Shown here one piece after another: positions 31,901 to 44,973 of a stretch of 64,000 nt of DNA. The DNA is taken from contig JBLDXI010000033.1 in assembly GCA_047495785.1 (NCBI GenBank), positions 2,728,001 through 2,792,000 on the forward strand. Direction: 5' to 3'. The translations under genes were made by a program, and so were the position numbers. The notes beneath the pieces are model-generated. The model did no database searches, had not been told where the DNA came from, and saw only the letters and a program-made list of their open reading frames with translations. This DNA is from Lepidodermella squamata (lineage: Eukaryota > Animalia > Gastrotricha). Position 1 is the first letter of the stretch. The number at the start of each line of letters is the position of its first letter.

Positions 31901-34900
31901 CCTGGAGCAGGAGCTGTAAATTTCATTGAATCAAATTTTTAATGGGATAATTGCGATATACAATCCAACTAACGCGATGGGTAGAGATAACGTTCTGTTT
32001 GACCATCGTCGCGGCCCACATCAAACCACTATATTAAGAGAAAACAAGTCGAATTGCATTTCCAAGAAATGTATGCAACAGCAAACCCGATTGCATGGGA
32101 ATGTGTATTCCATTTGAGCATGTTCCCATTCACGAATGACCACTTTAGCCAAGAACCATCCTGCGCCAGGTTCGCGCGTGTCCACTGCCACCAGGCTTCA
32201 AAAAACAGTTATTATCGATTTATCACAGTGGTAAAGCGGCTCCCTGGCTACCATTTAGTTAAAGTTGACAGGTCTACGGCGTCCAAAGAAAATCGATCGA
32301 TCTATTCGATAATGCGAAAGCGGAGTTGGAACGTGTTCTAGTTGGCAAAATCGCTGTAATTACCTGACCCGGCTGCCATTTTATGACGTTGCTTTTACTG
32401 CGGTGCAGAAGCCGCCGTCCAGTGTCACCCCGCTGAAATTAATCTCAATTGAACGGTTCGAACAAGGGGTCCACTTTAAGTACCTGACCAAAAATTGTCA
32501 TATAAACGTTTGCTTGTGTCTGCGCACCATCCACATAACCAGTCTCCACTTCGACGTAGTAATTGTATATGGTCAGAATGGGTGTGCCTGGTCGTATTGC
32601 GGGCAGTTCACGCATCAGATCACCGTCATCTTCTGTCAAAGAGACGTATCGGTTGAATGAGAAGCGCAAAAGCTCGTTCGTCGTCATGTCGTGTAACTGA
32701 GCGTCGGCGATCTTCCATGTTGAGGCGGACGAAAAGGAAATTGGGTAGAATTCAAGCCGGATCTTGTACAACTCGCCCAGTTGTTTCAGGTTGATCTATA
32801 AACAATTCATTTGTTCTTTTAAACGAAACGAATAAAAAGCTGAATGTCCAAACCAGGAATTGATCTTTTGTGCCTTTCCGAAACATGTTACGGGAGGGTC
32901 CTCCAAGCCTGAGCACAAATTCCTTTTTACTGATATAATGCTCACGATAACACATACATGATAGTCCCTGATGTACCATGAGCGCCGTATGCTGCCAGGC
33001 CGACGTTACCGTTGACTGCGGTCTCATGAGTGGAAATCCAAACCAGCCAGTCACCTTCATTGAATTTGGTTTTGTTTTCCGGAGCAGGATGCCGCTGAAT
33101 CGTCGGTTGCGGCGTCGGCAGCTCAGGGCTAGGAGAAGGGCTAGGTGGCACGTAAACAGGGTGCCGTTTGGGTTCAGGTGGTTCCGGGGGCGGTAATGAA
33201 GGCGCCCGCTTAAGAGCAGGCTGCCTGATTGGTTTAGGATTGCCGACTGTAAAATAATCGGAAAATAATCCCTACTATTTTAAAAAGCTTATTACGGCAC
33301 GAAACTCACATTGGATGACCTCGGGATAAAAAATTATCGATGCCGAACCAGGGTCAGTAACCTGTTGCGCTTTGCCCGACGGTGTCAGTGCAAGGTACGA
33401 GCCAGGGTAGGCGACAGACTGAACTAGTACGTAAGCCTTTTCACGAACTCTGTGAATTCGGAACTGCGAGAAACGGTCGCCGATGCCCTGGCAACTGCAA
33501 GCCCCGTTTTTCATCTGAAGGAACTGGTTTGGAAACATGGCGGATTCGAACATGCGAAGACCGCCTTCAGCCACCTTAACCACACGAAACTGGCCTAGAC
33601 GCGACCTCGTGCCTGCAGCAATTGCTCTTTTGCCATCCTTGTCCAACGACAAATTCAAGTTATTTGCCGCCACCAATGTAATAATGTTGCTATCACGGAA
33701 CATTCCTTTGCAATAGACGTAAAACTCTTTAAGTGGTCCCTGTCCTGAAACACTGCGGCAATCTGTTGGCAAGCCGCTAGGCGTGACTGCCCAGTGGTGA
33801 CCAGTCGCTTTAGAACTCTCGAACGTAGTCCTGCGATCGGCGTTTGTCACGTTAGGCCGGAATTCACACGAAGAATTCTGTTTCGCAAAATAGGTATGAG
33901 AAATATTTCACAGGGAAAAGTTCAGAAACTTGCAGTGAGACTTTGCTGGTGTGCAGATGGTTGGACTATAGCAACCCCATTTTTAATGGCAATGCACGCA
34001 CCGCGCATCATGCAGTTAGCGAAAGCTCGGTAGTCATTGCGTGAGTGGATAACTTCGAAGACGCTTCGATTCGACTTACGATCCGCTTCTTCTCCCATTG
34101 CGTCAAGAGTATTGCCCGGCCTGAAGGTCACTGCTCGGCTGGTGGCGGCGTTGTAAAATACCAGTTGATTTCGAAGATTGTACTTCCAGCGCTCGAAATC
34201 CCAGATGTTCGCGTTTTCGGCGCGAACTGGCAGGTCGGCGCCACCGGGATACAAATCACGGATGATTTTGCGATCATCTTGACCCTCATCCAACCAGCGC
34301 TGGCAGCCAAAGGTCCACTCCCGGAACTGTCCGAACTGTTCCTTCACAACTATTTTGTCGAGAAACCAACCTCTCCCCGCACCGCGCCCATCGTGGCCTA
34401 CAACCATGTGGTTCAACTTCATGAAAGCAAAATTAGCAATAGCCGCAGTTTATTTAAGGAACAAGAAAGTTCTTACATTGCCCAGGCTGACGGCTTCAAG
34501 TTGAAACCGAGAAACACTGCCTTTTGTGAAATTAGTATGGCGCCCATTAAATAACTGACGATTGCCCGAATCGCCATGCTCTCCGTACATAGTAACGTAA
34601 ACATTAGCGTCGGTTCCAGAATTCGGCAACGCGCCAGTATAGACATCCAAGGTGTAGTGTCCAACTATAAAAGTTATTTTGATAAAAACAATCAATCGCA
34701 AACATAATTTCGCATAATTGAAAGCGATGATTCGGCATAATTTTGGAATATTAGCGGACGTGACCTCTGACGTAGGTGATTTATAATGCACACATAGTCA
34801 AAACAACTTACGAGGTAGGGTTTGCCCACCACGACGGGTGGCAGGGAATTCACGATTGACGTCAAGATCATCCTCTGTCCGAGACAGCCAGCGGCGGAAC

Positions 34901-36048
34901 GGAAATACGAGCTCCTCGCCTGTGTCGATATCCCGCATACGAACTTCCTCGACAAACCAGTTCGGCGAAACTGTGATAATGGTCGTATAGTTAAAAGTTA
35001 AATATCGCAGCTAGAATACAGCCTGTGAAACTTACTGCCCGAGTTGTCGTGCGACAGCCGGATTTTGTAAAGTGGTCCGAGGCTACCGAGATTGACATCG
35101 AACTCATCTACATTACCGGTCTGAAAGGCAGTGCCGTCCCCGAGTCCTAGTGCCAAAGGTCCGGCTACACCCGACTTGCCATAAGCCGAGAAAAACACGC
35201 GCGAAGTGGTGCCGGCGGAGGGTTGGTCGCCCGTAGTGACCCAGATCTTCCAACGACCTCGCGACCTATAGTCACCTCGAGTTTTTACACCAAGTTTCCG
35301 AGCTGCCTGTTGCGGGCGCCCTGCCAGCTGCGAATGCCGTCCGGTTTCGAGTTGCCCGAACATAAGCACATCGGGTCCGTTGAGCAAAGACGTTAGACTC
35401 GCGACTGGGGCGCCGTCGAGCGTATACAGCTTGCGAGCATAAGCCCCTGGAAACAGCTGCGCGACGTCGTTGAGCACTTGCTCGAATGACTGAGTCGTGC
35501 GCCGATTCAACAGGTAAGTTTGCTTGTCGCGCTGGTTGTTTGAACGCACTATGGTGATGCGCTTGGGCGGCAGATTCTGGCCGAGTCGCTTCAATCCGTG
35601 GCCTGAATTTCGCCGCGGTGTCGCCCACTTCTCATTGTCACCGACTTTGCCTTCGCAAACATATTGTCCTCCTGTAAGCAAAAGGAATAAATGAGACTTT
35701 CCCTCAAGTCCTTCAAGCCAAAACAGTAGTCAATAGAATAAATTTTAATATAAGCGCTTACGAACCATCTTCTAATTCTTCGAGTGAAGTTATTTCACGT
35801 TTCGTGCCGGCGACGTAAACATGCCGAACACCGAATAGCATCCCAGGAACCTTGTCACTGATGTCGTCAAGCAGAGCATCGAAATTCCGATATTTTTTCT
35901 GAGTTAAAACTATTCGAAGAGGGCGGACGTTTGGTCCAGAGGCGCCACTTTTAAAGAAATAAACATTTTTGCCGATTTCAGGCTCGTAATCAGTCGGCGC
36001 GTAACGCCCTGCGGGACCCAGCTGGGCAAACGGGTCGTCGTAGTACAT
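22958..36048 (-). CDS. Doublecortin + multiple PLAT/LH2 domain protein (long RP1-like / LOXHD1-like), many exons
   Basis: Two N-terminal DCX domains (VYFFKSG...RNFDALLDDISDKV; RTTQSFEQVLNDV...KLYTLDG), repeated PLAT motifs (TG...AGT.A.V...YG..GD.G.R.L; LYKIR.GHD; W...KV; F.C.RWL...DDG), a beta-trefoil-like insert at ~33300-34200 and Pro-rich linkers. Confidence 0.88.
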
Positions 36049-37061
36049 CGTAAACCAATGTCTCAGCTACCTTTGCAACGCATTTTGGCTCTTACTAATT
36101 TAGGCTCGAAAAGTTATTGGTCTAGCAAAGAATAATAATAGAGATAATAATTAATTTTAGTATAAAAACGGAGGTATATTTGGCATGAATGGATTTTCCA
36201 AGGGTGATGGTTGGTGGCTGAGCTATGGCAGCAGTGCGAGCTGAAGCACTGATGTTGTACATGTATAGCGCATAGTTAAAAACAATGACACAACAAGTCG
36301 ATTGCGAGCGATGCACGCTTGATGACAATAATCGAAGTACGCCATACCATCGATCGGTCATACCTGTTGTGACGTTACCTTGAGCATAGTGCATCCATAT
36401 ATGTGTGGGGTAAAAAACGCTATGGTCAGAACGTCATAGCAGATGGCTGCTAAACTCTCAATGATCTTTCTCCAATATATTCTCTTTTTGTCGTCGATTC
36501 TCGGTTTCAAACAAAAACAGTTCACTTCAAAAGACAACATTTTATTATTGGCAATTTGACGTGATTCCTTGATTCAGCTGCAAACATTCGATAAAATAAA
36601 ATCGCAGTGGTTTTTCGTCGAATAGGAAGGATAGAAAGGCATTTTGTAGCATATTTATAGGCATAAAATATAATTTTCATTGCTTGAAGTTCTTCGATTC
36701 ACATAATATATTGAGGTGATAGAGAGCAAATGATAATTGGTTAAAAACTAAACTCGAACTAAAATTTCAAATACTAATTTTAGCATATAGTCGCTCGATA
36801 CCTTTAAAAATATGAGCAGCAGAATGGTAAATGCGACAATTTGCCAGCTATTACTTCATAATAAAAAAACAGTAAATACATCCCTGTATAAATGGCGTTG
36901 ATTATCACAGTAGCTGAAACCAGCAGTATAGAGGCTGGTGGGGTGCTCAAATAAGAGCAGCCTTCGACGGCCAGGTACACATTTGCAAATCGGCAAATAG
37001 TAATCTCATCGCGTTCCGAAGTAATGTGCATTAGGTAGCAGATGAAAGATGAAACTTGCTA

Positions 37062-38138
37062 TTAAAGCTGGCTTTTCACGAAGTTGTCCAGTGTTTCGAC
37101 TTCTTTAATCAGTCTGGCTAACGAACCAGAATCATCACCGATAGCGCAACCGGCTTGACGGTGGCTTCGGATAGAATCCGAGGCAGCCAAGGCCGCATGT
37201 CTGATTGAGTCGAGTTGGAAAAGAATATGACGACGTTGTCTCTCCATTTGGTGCACTTCTCGTGTTAGCTGGTCGATCTTGGCTAATTTCTTCTTGCGGC
37301 ATCGATCAGCGGCTAGCCTGTTGCGTTCACGCTTGATTTCCTCAGCGGTCATAGTTTTCAACATCTCCTCTGGAATAGGTTCTTGATGCTGGTAGGAGCG
37401 TTTCGAGGGAGTGGATTTTGAAAGAGCCTGCTTTTCAATCGATGTTTGGCCGTCATTAGTTTTAGCGTCAGAATCGCTGTCGTCGCTGTTGTTGGTGCTG
37501 CTGACCTGGCTGTCGGTAGCATTTAGCGCTGTCGAATCTAATGACACGCGCCTCTTTATCGAATCTTCATCTTCAGTTTCGAAGTGCTGACGCCGCTTTT
37601 TAGGAGGAACACCAGAGCCGCCTGAAAAGCGTCTTTCGATACTGGAAACAGCTGTCTGGGGAAGAATTGGCTCCGACGTGCGTTTGGTAACTTCCTGAGT
37701 AACAGGCAACGGTGGCGAAGTCTGAGCTGCTGTTGTTTGTTGTTTTGTGCTTATTTGAGGATCGGCAGCATTTTGTAATAAGACCTGGACACCGCCTTCC
37801 GCTGTCGGTATAGTGTAAACTTTGAGAATTTGCGAGGGGATCAACCCGCCTGGTAGCACCATCATCTGATTCAGTGACTGAGTAGAGATCAACGGCTGCA
37901 TTTGCGAAGCGTGAGCAGCTGCACCGGGGGCGCTTGCAGCAAACATAGCAGAATTCCAAGGCATGAAAAACCCAGGATGAGCAGAGGATGGTAGCATCAT
38001 GTTAGGATGCATGGGCATGTTGAACATAGGGCTCGGCAAAGGCGCAACGGAATACTTGCTCTTCGTCATGTCAACATCATCGTCTGTAGCAGAGGTATTC
38101 GTAGTAGCCTCCAGCTTAGTTTTGTCATCCATCAACAT
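37062..38138 (-). CDS. Intronless AP-1 family bZIP transcription factor, Jun-like
   Basis: KRERNRLAADRCRKKKLAKIDQL basic region plus zipper ending in H.QAGC (cf. Jun H.NSGC); single-exon 358 aa ORF. Confidence 0.8.
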   Translation of the reverse strand: MLMDDKTKLEATTNTSATDDDVDMTKSKYSVAPLPSPMFNMPMHPNMMLPSSAHPGFFMPWNSAMFAASAPGAAAHASQMQPLISTQSLNQMMVLPGGLIPSQILKVYTIPTAEGGVQVLLQNAADPQISTKQQTTAAQTSPPLPVTQEVTKRTSEPILPQTAVSSIERRFSGGSGVPPKKRRQHFETEDEDSIKRRVSLDSTALNATDSQVSSTNNSDDSDSDAKTNDGQTSIEKQALSKSTPSKRSYQHQEPIPEEMLKTMTAEEIKRERNRLAADRCRKKKLAKIDQLTREVHQMERQRRHILFQLDSIRHAALAASDSIRSHRQAGCAIGDDSGSLARLIKEVETLDNFVKSQL

Positions 38139-38475
38139 TACGTTATTTTCGAGAGACAGTTTCCGAAAATAAGAAGTTTAAAATAATCGACTATTGTCAA
38201 AAATAAGAAAGGCTAAATCGTCATGTCTCTTTTTAAGGCAGAGAAAACGCATTCATTTTGCGCAATAGATGACTAAGACTATTCAGTGGTATTAGTAGCA
38301 ACCATTGATTCATTATTCATAGATGTATATCAAAGAAATTAGTCACCATGCTGGAGTGAAAGGATTTGTTGGATAAAAACGATGACGGGACTTTTTCCCG
38401 CCGTGATGGTTCTTCGAATGCACCGAAAACTACGCTATACGGACTGCTTTTATATGTGTGTTCAGCCCGCCGGCG

Positions 38476-38718
38476 TGAGTCATATCAGTTCATATAGTAA
38501 ATACCGCAAGCTCACTCGTACACTCATGCAATGGTGGGCAGAGTCGTTTTTTTATCACGAAATGCGTCATGGAATAGGTGTTTACATTTGATAATAATAT
38601 CTAATAAGAGTAGGTCATTTCAGTGCCGTACATGGCCTAGTCACCTGCTTGTTTATAGCTTGCGATGAGTCAGCGCATAGTTGTAACTACGATTACCACA
38701 CAACAACGCCATATAAGG
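38476..38718 (-). promoter_or_regulatory. Immediate-early-type cis elements upstream of the bZIP gene: AP-1 sites, a CRE-like site and a CArG box
   Basis: TGAGTCA at 38476 and 38666, TGCGTCA at 38563, CCATATAAGG (CArG) at 38709-38718. Confidence 0.5.
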
Positions 38719-39722
38719 AAAAGGGGTGTATAATTTGTCCAGGGCGTAATCTCCACCCCTGTAATGCCTCATAAATGATATTTTCATATGCCTCATGAAT
38801 CAATCTTTTTTTATCCGAATCTGAAAACGGAAGAGTCTCTTTTGTGGTGTCGTGACTGTCTGTGGCGTCAGTGACTTTTTTATCAGAAAACCGCGGCCTA
38901 GTTTCCAGGCCCTAATATGTCAGTCAGCAACACCCGATGCGCTACGCCTTATCTATTAGTCAGAATAAAAAGCTGGCTAGTCATTTATATCAGTTAACCT
39001 ACAAATGTTATTCCTGATGGGCGGAATTTCGTACTAATCATTTCAAATTAGGTAGGACGGTTGCGAGGAAACCGAGAAAGAACACCACGTTTATGGTTGA
39101 TGCTTGTCACGAAGAAGGTCAAGAACATAAAGCAGTTAATCACTGCTATATCACTCCCACTATACCGGACTGACTTGAACGTCACGAAGCTGGTCCGGTT
39201 TAGCCTACTTTCACTGTAACCAGATGTTGTAGGTTGACACGAAGCTTTCGAGTAGGCAGCGCATGATAGGTGGTATTGAATTAATCACAAGTAAAACCTT
39301 CAAAGAAAAATTCACATATAACATGAATCGATTCTTTTCTTTTATTCGAATTTGCCTCTCAAAAATTATCTTCACGCAATTTATACATATTAACGAACAA
39401 ACAGAGAGATCCATCGCGATGTTTCCGCAATATATAATTTGGTAAGTGTTTTTGGGCAGCTGCAAATATATACCTGTTGAGGAGAATATTCACCTGGAGC
39501 TAATTCAAATCATCAAGACGACTTGCTGAGAGCTATCTTTGCATTATAAGATTTTTTACAATCGCCATAACAGCCAGATGAAAGAAGATAAAATACATGT
39601 GATATAATGGGTGTTGTTGGCAAGGGACTCGCCATGTAATCATATTGGCGTGTCTCATTTCCGAATATTTTCAGATGCTTGTCATCAGGAAAGAATTTGA
39701 AGGTAGCGAGTTGGAATTAAAG

Positions 39723-41932
39723 TCATATCCGATTGTTTGTATCATTGTTACCTGCGGCGACACCCTCTGTGATAGATGCTTTCACCGACAGGCGGTCTGA
39801 TGTTAGAGCGGAGGTGCTGCTGACGTTAGCCAGCACTGAGTTAACAGCAGTTACATTTGCGGCGGACGACTTCTTGCGCAGCGCCTGGGTGCCGACTCCC
39901 AGCGCCACGCTTGAGTGACTGGACGAAGACGTCGGCAATTTCTCAGTCGGCAACTTTTCGGATTTTGCGTGACCGTGTCGCGAGCGACCGGTCCCCGGAC
40001 AGCCTATTGACGCCACATCGGCCCCGGCCATCAAGGACATCGCGACAGCGGTCTGTTCGGAAGGCAGAAAGGTCGTTGTGTACACCGGCCGGTACAAAAC
40101 CGACATGTCGTCCTGAGGTGCGGCAAAACTGCCGTCGCCGTCATAGACCTGGCCGAGCTGGAACTCGGGGCTGACATACATTCCGCCCTCGACGTGTTTC
40201 GCTGCCTCAGCATACGTTATCTGAGGCATCGGCTTGGAAGGCACGCGGTAGGGAACCGTCGCCACGGTAAATGGAAAGTCAACCTAGAATAAAGGCAGCA
40301 GGTTTGTCATGCTTTAATCAGGTAAAATGCCGAAATGCTCTCCTGCTTTACACATTGTTCTCTGAAAACATGAAGCTTTCCGAAAAGAGAAACTCTAGCA
40401 TTTTGTATTTTTGCCTTCTAGCGAAATTATTTGGCCTGAAAATAGACAGGCCTAAAGCAAAACTTAATCATCAACTTGTGCACTAACATGTTTGAACTTG
40501 ATTTGTTACATGAACGGACAGTAGCCAAATTGGGGATTATTCCCAGGAACAACTTCTTAATCTCGATTCTATTAGCCCTCATCTTTGACGTTGGATTACT
40601 GAAGTTACCTATCTGGAAAAGAATATAACTCACTTCGATGTCCGACGCGTCTACTTTCCTTCGACTGATGGTAACTTTGAGTGAATAGGTTATCTCGATA
40701 TTTCGGCAAACGTTCACTAGAGTGGGCGGCATCACGGGTAGTTCGAGCTTGTCTAGGAGAATAACAACAGGTTTTAATGTTTGATGGGAATTTTGGAAAA
40801 TAGGCTCACCTCCGTAGTCAGAAAATTCCGCTTTGGTCTTTGGTTTGATGGGGTCACTAATAAATTCGAGCACCTTGTGTTCCACTGACTTGGTAGCCGT
40901 AAGAACGTTTTTTGATACTATATAGTCGACATTCTATCGGTTAAAAAGAAATTAAAACCATTCCTTCACTCGAAAATGACTCAAGTACCTGAAATAAGCG
41001 GACGATAAAAAAAGCAGGATCGTTGGAGTTGTTTATCACGGAACCGGTAAGGCGGATCTTCTCACCACAGCAATACGCTGATCTCTATTTTATAGCGAAA
41101 AGCCGAGCTTGGCATTCGATTTTCGACGGAAAAGAAAAATAAACCTTATACCTCTAAAACCGCTTCCATTGATACCGGCACTTTCCGACAGCATAGGCAG
41201 AGTCGCGTTATCTTTTCGTCGGCACGTAGCTGCGTCTAATTTCGAAGATTTAAAGTTAAGTTTGATGATGGATCGTAAAATAAAACAATAATGGCAACTA
41301 ACCAGATATTTTTCGTCCATGCAATCAATATAAGGCCCAATCAGCGTGAAATATTTAATGCCCTGCGGTGAGCAAGCGTACGGGATGTCGATTATTACCT
41401 TGATATTTCGATATTAAATTCAGCTGATAATAAAACTAAAGCAAATACCGACCTTGAGATAGTATCTAATGGTACCCGCCTTGCTTTCAAAGGAGCAAGG
41501 CAGAGCAGATTCTGGCAGATGAAATTCGAATGGATACTGATGGAATCCTCGAGGTAGTATGCTGGCGTTACTTGAGTCCGTAATAGCCTCTGGAAAAAAA
41601 ATGGATTAATTTGCTGTGTTCGATTGGAAGCAATCGATCGAACCTTTCCCCCAAATCACGACTTTGTTCTCCAGAAGAACATCGTCTTCTTTAACAACCT
41701 TGCGTTCGCCCCCTCGTGTGACTTTCCACTCGACGTGCGTCTTTGCTTTGATCATGACTTTTATGCATTGCACTCGCATATTCTCGGCCGAGTCAATCAG
41801 CACCCGCCCGGTTAACTGGAGAAAATTGAGCATGAAAATCGCTGTCTGTATTTTATGGAAAAAGCTCACCTTTTCGCCTGCATAGTAGAACTCGCGATCC
41901 AACTCCAAGTCGAATTTCTTCACGTAGTCCAT
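39723..41932 (-). CDS. Arrestin domain-containing protein (alpha-arrestin, ARRDC-like)
   Basis: MDYVKKFDLELDREFYYAGEK, L.RG.HQYPFEFHLP...LPCSFE.K.GTIRYY, MPPTLVNVCRNIEITYSLKV, FPFTVATVPYR, LYRPVY. Confidence 0.88.
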
Positions 41933-44167
41933 GGCGAAATGAGGGCAGATTGTCAAACAGCAGCGAGGAAGGTTTCAGCTCACGCGGCGAGCCGTTTCAT
42001 CAACTTGGTTGTAGTAATTCATTCTATAAACAAAAACAAACCTGAGACGTTAATTCACGCAGCTGGTATAGCATTGCAGGTGAGGTAAGTCGGCACTTCG
42101 TGGAAAACAATACTGCCCGGCTTAATAATAAATATTGCGGCGATAGCAATCATCGGCCGCTGTCGAAAATGAGCAATGGTTCAGGCTGGAACATAACATG
42201 TTAATCGCATAAAAACTACTCGATGAGCATAGAGCAGAGGACTGAGATTGAACTATTCGACAGCGAGCGCGATTTCTCGTACTGCAGCAACGGCGTAATG
42301 TTATTTTATCTATGAGCAGTGACAAGATGTTTGTACAACAGGTATCGCTGGAACCTATATGGAACAACTCACCTATAGCATGTGCGCCCCGGCCTATGAA
42401 TATTTACGAGGGAGCACACCTGGGGCCGATCGATGACGTCCAGGGCTCTCGGCTCACATGTGGGCAAGCGAGTGGGAGCCGTATGTAAAGTCCCGATGTG
42501 AGTTATCATGTCAACACGGACGAGTTGCTGGCAGCGCGCTGACGATTTGTCGCTCTCAAATCATTTTTCGACACGGCCGGCAAAAAGTAAAAATCGCAAA
42601 CTGGCGATTCGGCACGAAAGCGGAGCGCTTAGCAAGAACGCGACGGGCTCATTTCCACCGCACATTAGATTGTTGAAATGAAATTTACGACTGCGGCCAG
42701 CTGTATAGTTGCCGGCGTACTCGAGTCGCGCGTGCGCCGTCGCCGCTAATATTTGATTTTTGTCGATGCAAAATGCGAGTAAATAGCCGCCGATTCACGT
42801 GTAAAATACCTATATAATAGGCGGCATGCAGAGCTGTTTCGTTCTTCCGGCGCCACACTTGCCCGAAGGCGATGCGCGAGTATTTGCGACACCCATTATT
42901 TCCTGACTCAACTTGAAACTAAATAATCACATCATATATGTTCGCGATGTGAGACGACGTTGAAGGAGGCAAAAAGTCGACAATAGTCGAAATTTACCAT
43001 GATTATCTGTTGTAGTGAATGGAGAAGTGAACAACTTGCTGGCCCAAGCATGTCGCTGGCATAGAATAGTAAGTCTTCATCATCGTCATCGGCTAGCTTA
43101 TTGTTTAGAAAAATAACGAGACAGCTATTTCCGAGCAGATTACTGCTACTTCACCCGCAATCAATTGAGAAATTGTAGCGCGTTATTTCTTGTGCAGCTG
43201 CCGCCGCTTAACTCTGACCAAAACTTCCCTATGGGCTTTTAGCGCCGTTACTATCACTATTTCTATTATTATTACTATTATTATTGTCATTACTGTCATT
43301 GCCTGGCGCGAGACAGAAGCGCTGCTGTTGGCGAAGACGAGAGACAGCATTGACAGCAGCGCCTATAAATGGATAAGTGCGGAATATCGTCATCAGCAGT
43401 ATATTATCAGCAGCAGAATAATGCGCGATCGTAATAACAAAGGAGGTAATCCAAGGCGAAGTAAAAAAAAAACATACAGACGCGACTCGGCCGATCATTT
43501 CCGTGACTATCATTCTGCCGCGACCCCACGCATCGGCGAATCAAGCCAACGGCCCCCGGGTGCAATGCGGACTACAACTTCAGTTTACTCGATAATCGAA
43601 AAATCATGATTCGTAAACCCCGAAAATTATGCGCAAAATAACATACACTCGCATTGACATATGCGCAAAGGTTAATCTCGGCCTGAGAAAATGAGAACAA
43701 ATTAGACCCAAAAAAACTTCGCTTTATTTCATCCTGGTGTCCGACTCAGGACTATAATTTATACAAAAGCAGATGAGGTGTCACACTACAACAAATATCA
43801 TCTCAACACCGTAGATACCGAATTATTAGACATCACTTATAAACTAGAATCAAGAGCAGCAATGAACAAGGCACTTCGGCCAGCTAGCTTAGAATTTAGT
43901 TCAAATGCAATGAGGCAATGAGTCAAATGATAAAGAAAATCTTAACTGTTTTTTATTAAGAAATTGAACGGTACCAAGCGCAGATTCAGATCAAAACAAC
44001 CCAGAACCTAACGCCCGAAAGGGATTTAGAAATGATGGCCAAATAATTCGGTATTTACGGTTCGCTGATGCAGAATTCAGTCGAAGGTCATACAAATTAA
44101 ATAAATTTCAATTTCTAGGTTCAATCACTATAGAGAAAATATGTTTAGTTTTTATTTATTTCCTGCG

Positions 44168-44879
44168 TCAGGATAGCATGAAACTCTCGCCGCAGCCACA
44201 TGTTGACTTGATGTTAGGATTTGAAAAGACGAATTCTGCCCCAAGTTTAGTCTCAGTGTAATCCATTTCGGTGCCGAGTAGGGTCAACTGAGCGCGCCGG
44301 TCGATGAAAATCCGCACGCCATCTTGCACCACTTCGACGTCGTGCGATTGTTTCTGAGTCCGACCGATGTCTTTTTCGAGCATACCGGTTTGCTCAATAT
44401 TTGATTCTAAGCCATTGTTTGATTCGGCTTTCTTTTGGCTCGCCGCCTTATCTTCAACATAATCTAGAGTATATGTCAGACCAGAACAGCCCCTGGTATT
44501 AAAATCGAGTTATTCGGTGAGAGAAATACGCCTTAATGCCTTAATGAGCATCTTACCTTTGGCGAACGCTGACTCGCAGTCCCAATACATTAGGTCGTTC
44601 CACCAGCAATTCCTTGATTCGAGATACTGCTTTTGGAGTCTGGATATGGACCAATTTAAAATAATACATGCGGCTAATAAAAATGTCTCTTACCAATACA
44701 AGGGGTGCTTTTGTCGGGGTCAACCGGATCGGTTGTTTCATGATTCTGACCTTGGCACTCGCCGCCATATTTGTCGAGGTTGAAAGCGCTTTTACTTGCC
44801 GAATACTTGAGGGTCTTATCGCAGCAAAACTGCGCATCACCCTGGCACATGAACACGCCAGAGCGCGAGTAGTAAACAT
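44168..44879 (-). CDS. ISCA1: Mitochondrial iron-sulfur cluster assembly 1 homolog (IscA)
   Basis: Targeting-like N-terminus, IRLTP.AVSRIKELL, RVSVRQRGCSGLTY.LDY, DGVRIFID..AQLTLLGTEMDY, NPNIKSTCGCGESF. Confidence 0.93.
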
Positions 44880-44973
44880 TATTTTAAAAACTAAACAACG
44901 AATGAAATTATGCTGTAATTTTTCTTGGTCACGAAATTCGGAATTATTTTATTTGGTGTTGCACAAATACGAC

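Noticed and set aside
39160-39200. Hammerhead ribozyme-like hairpin (accggac...gtccggt)
   Set aside because: The core lacks canonical CUGANGA and GAAA boxes; ctgatga...gaaa at ~152 likewise lacks a proper stem II
43190-43609. 139-aa ORF with apparent TM segment
   Set aside because: The hydrophobic run arises from an (ATT/ACT)n low-complexity tract; non-ATG start; no other support
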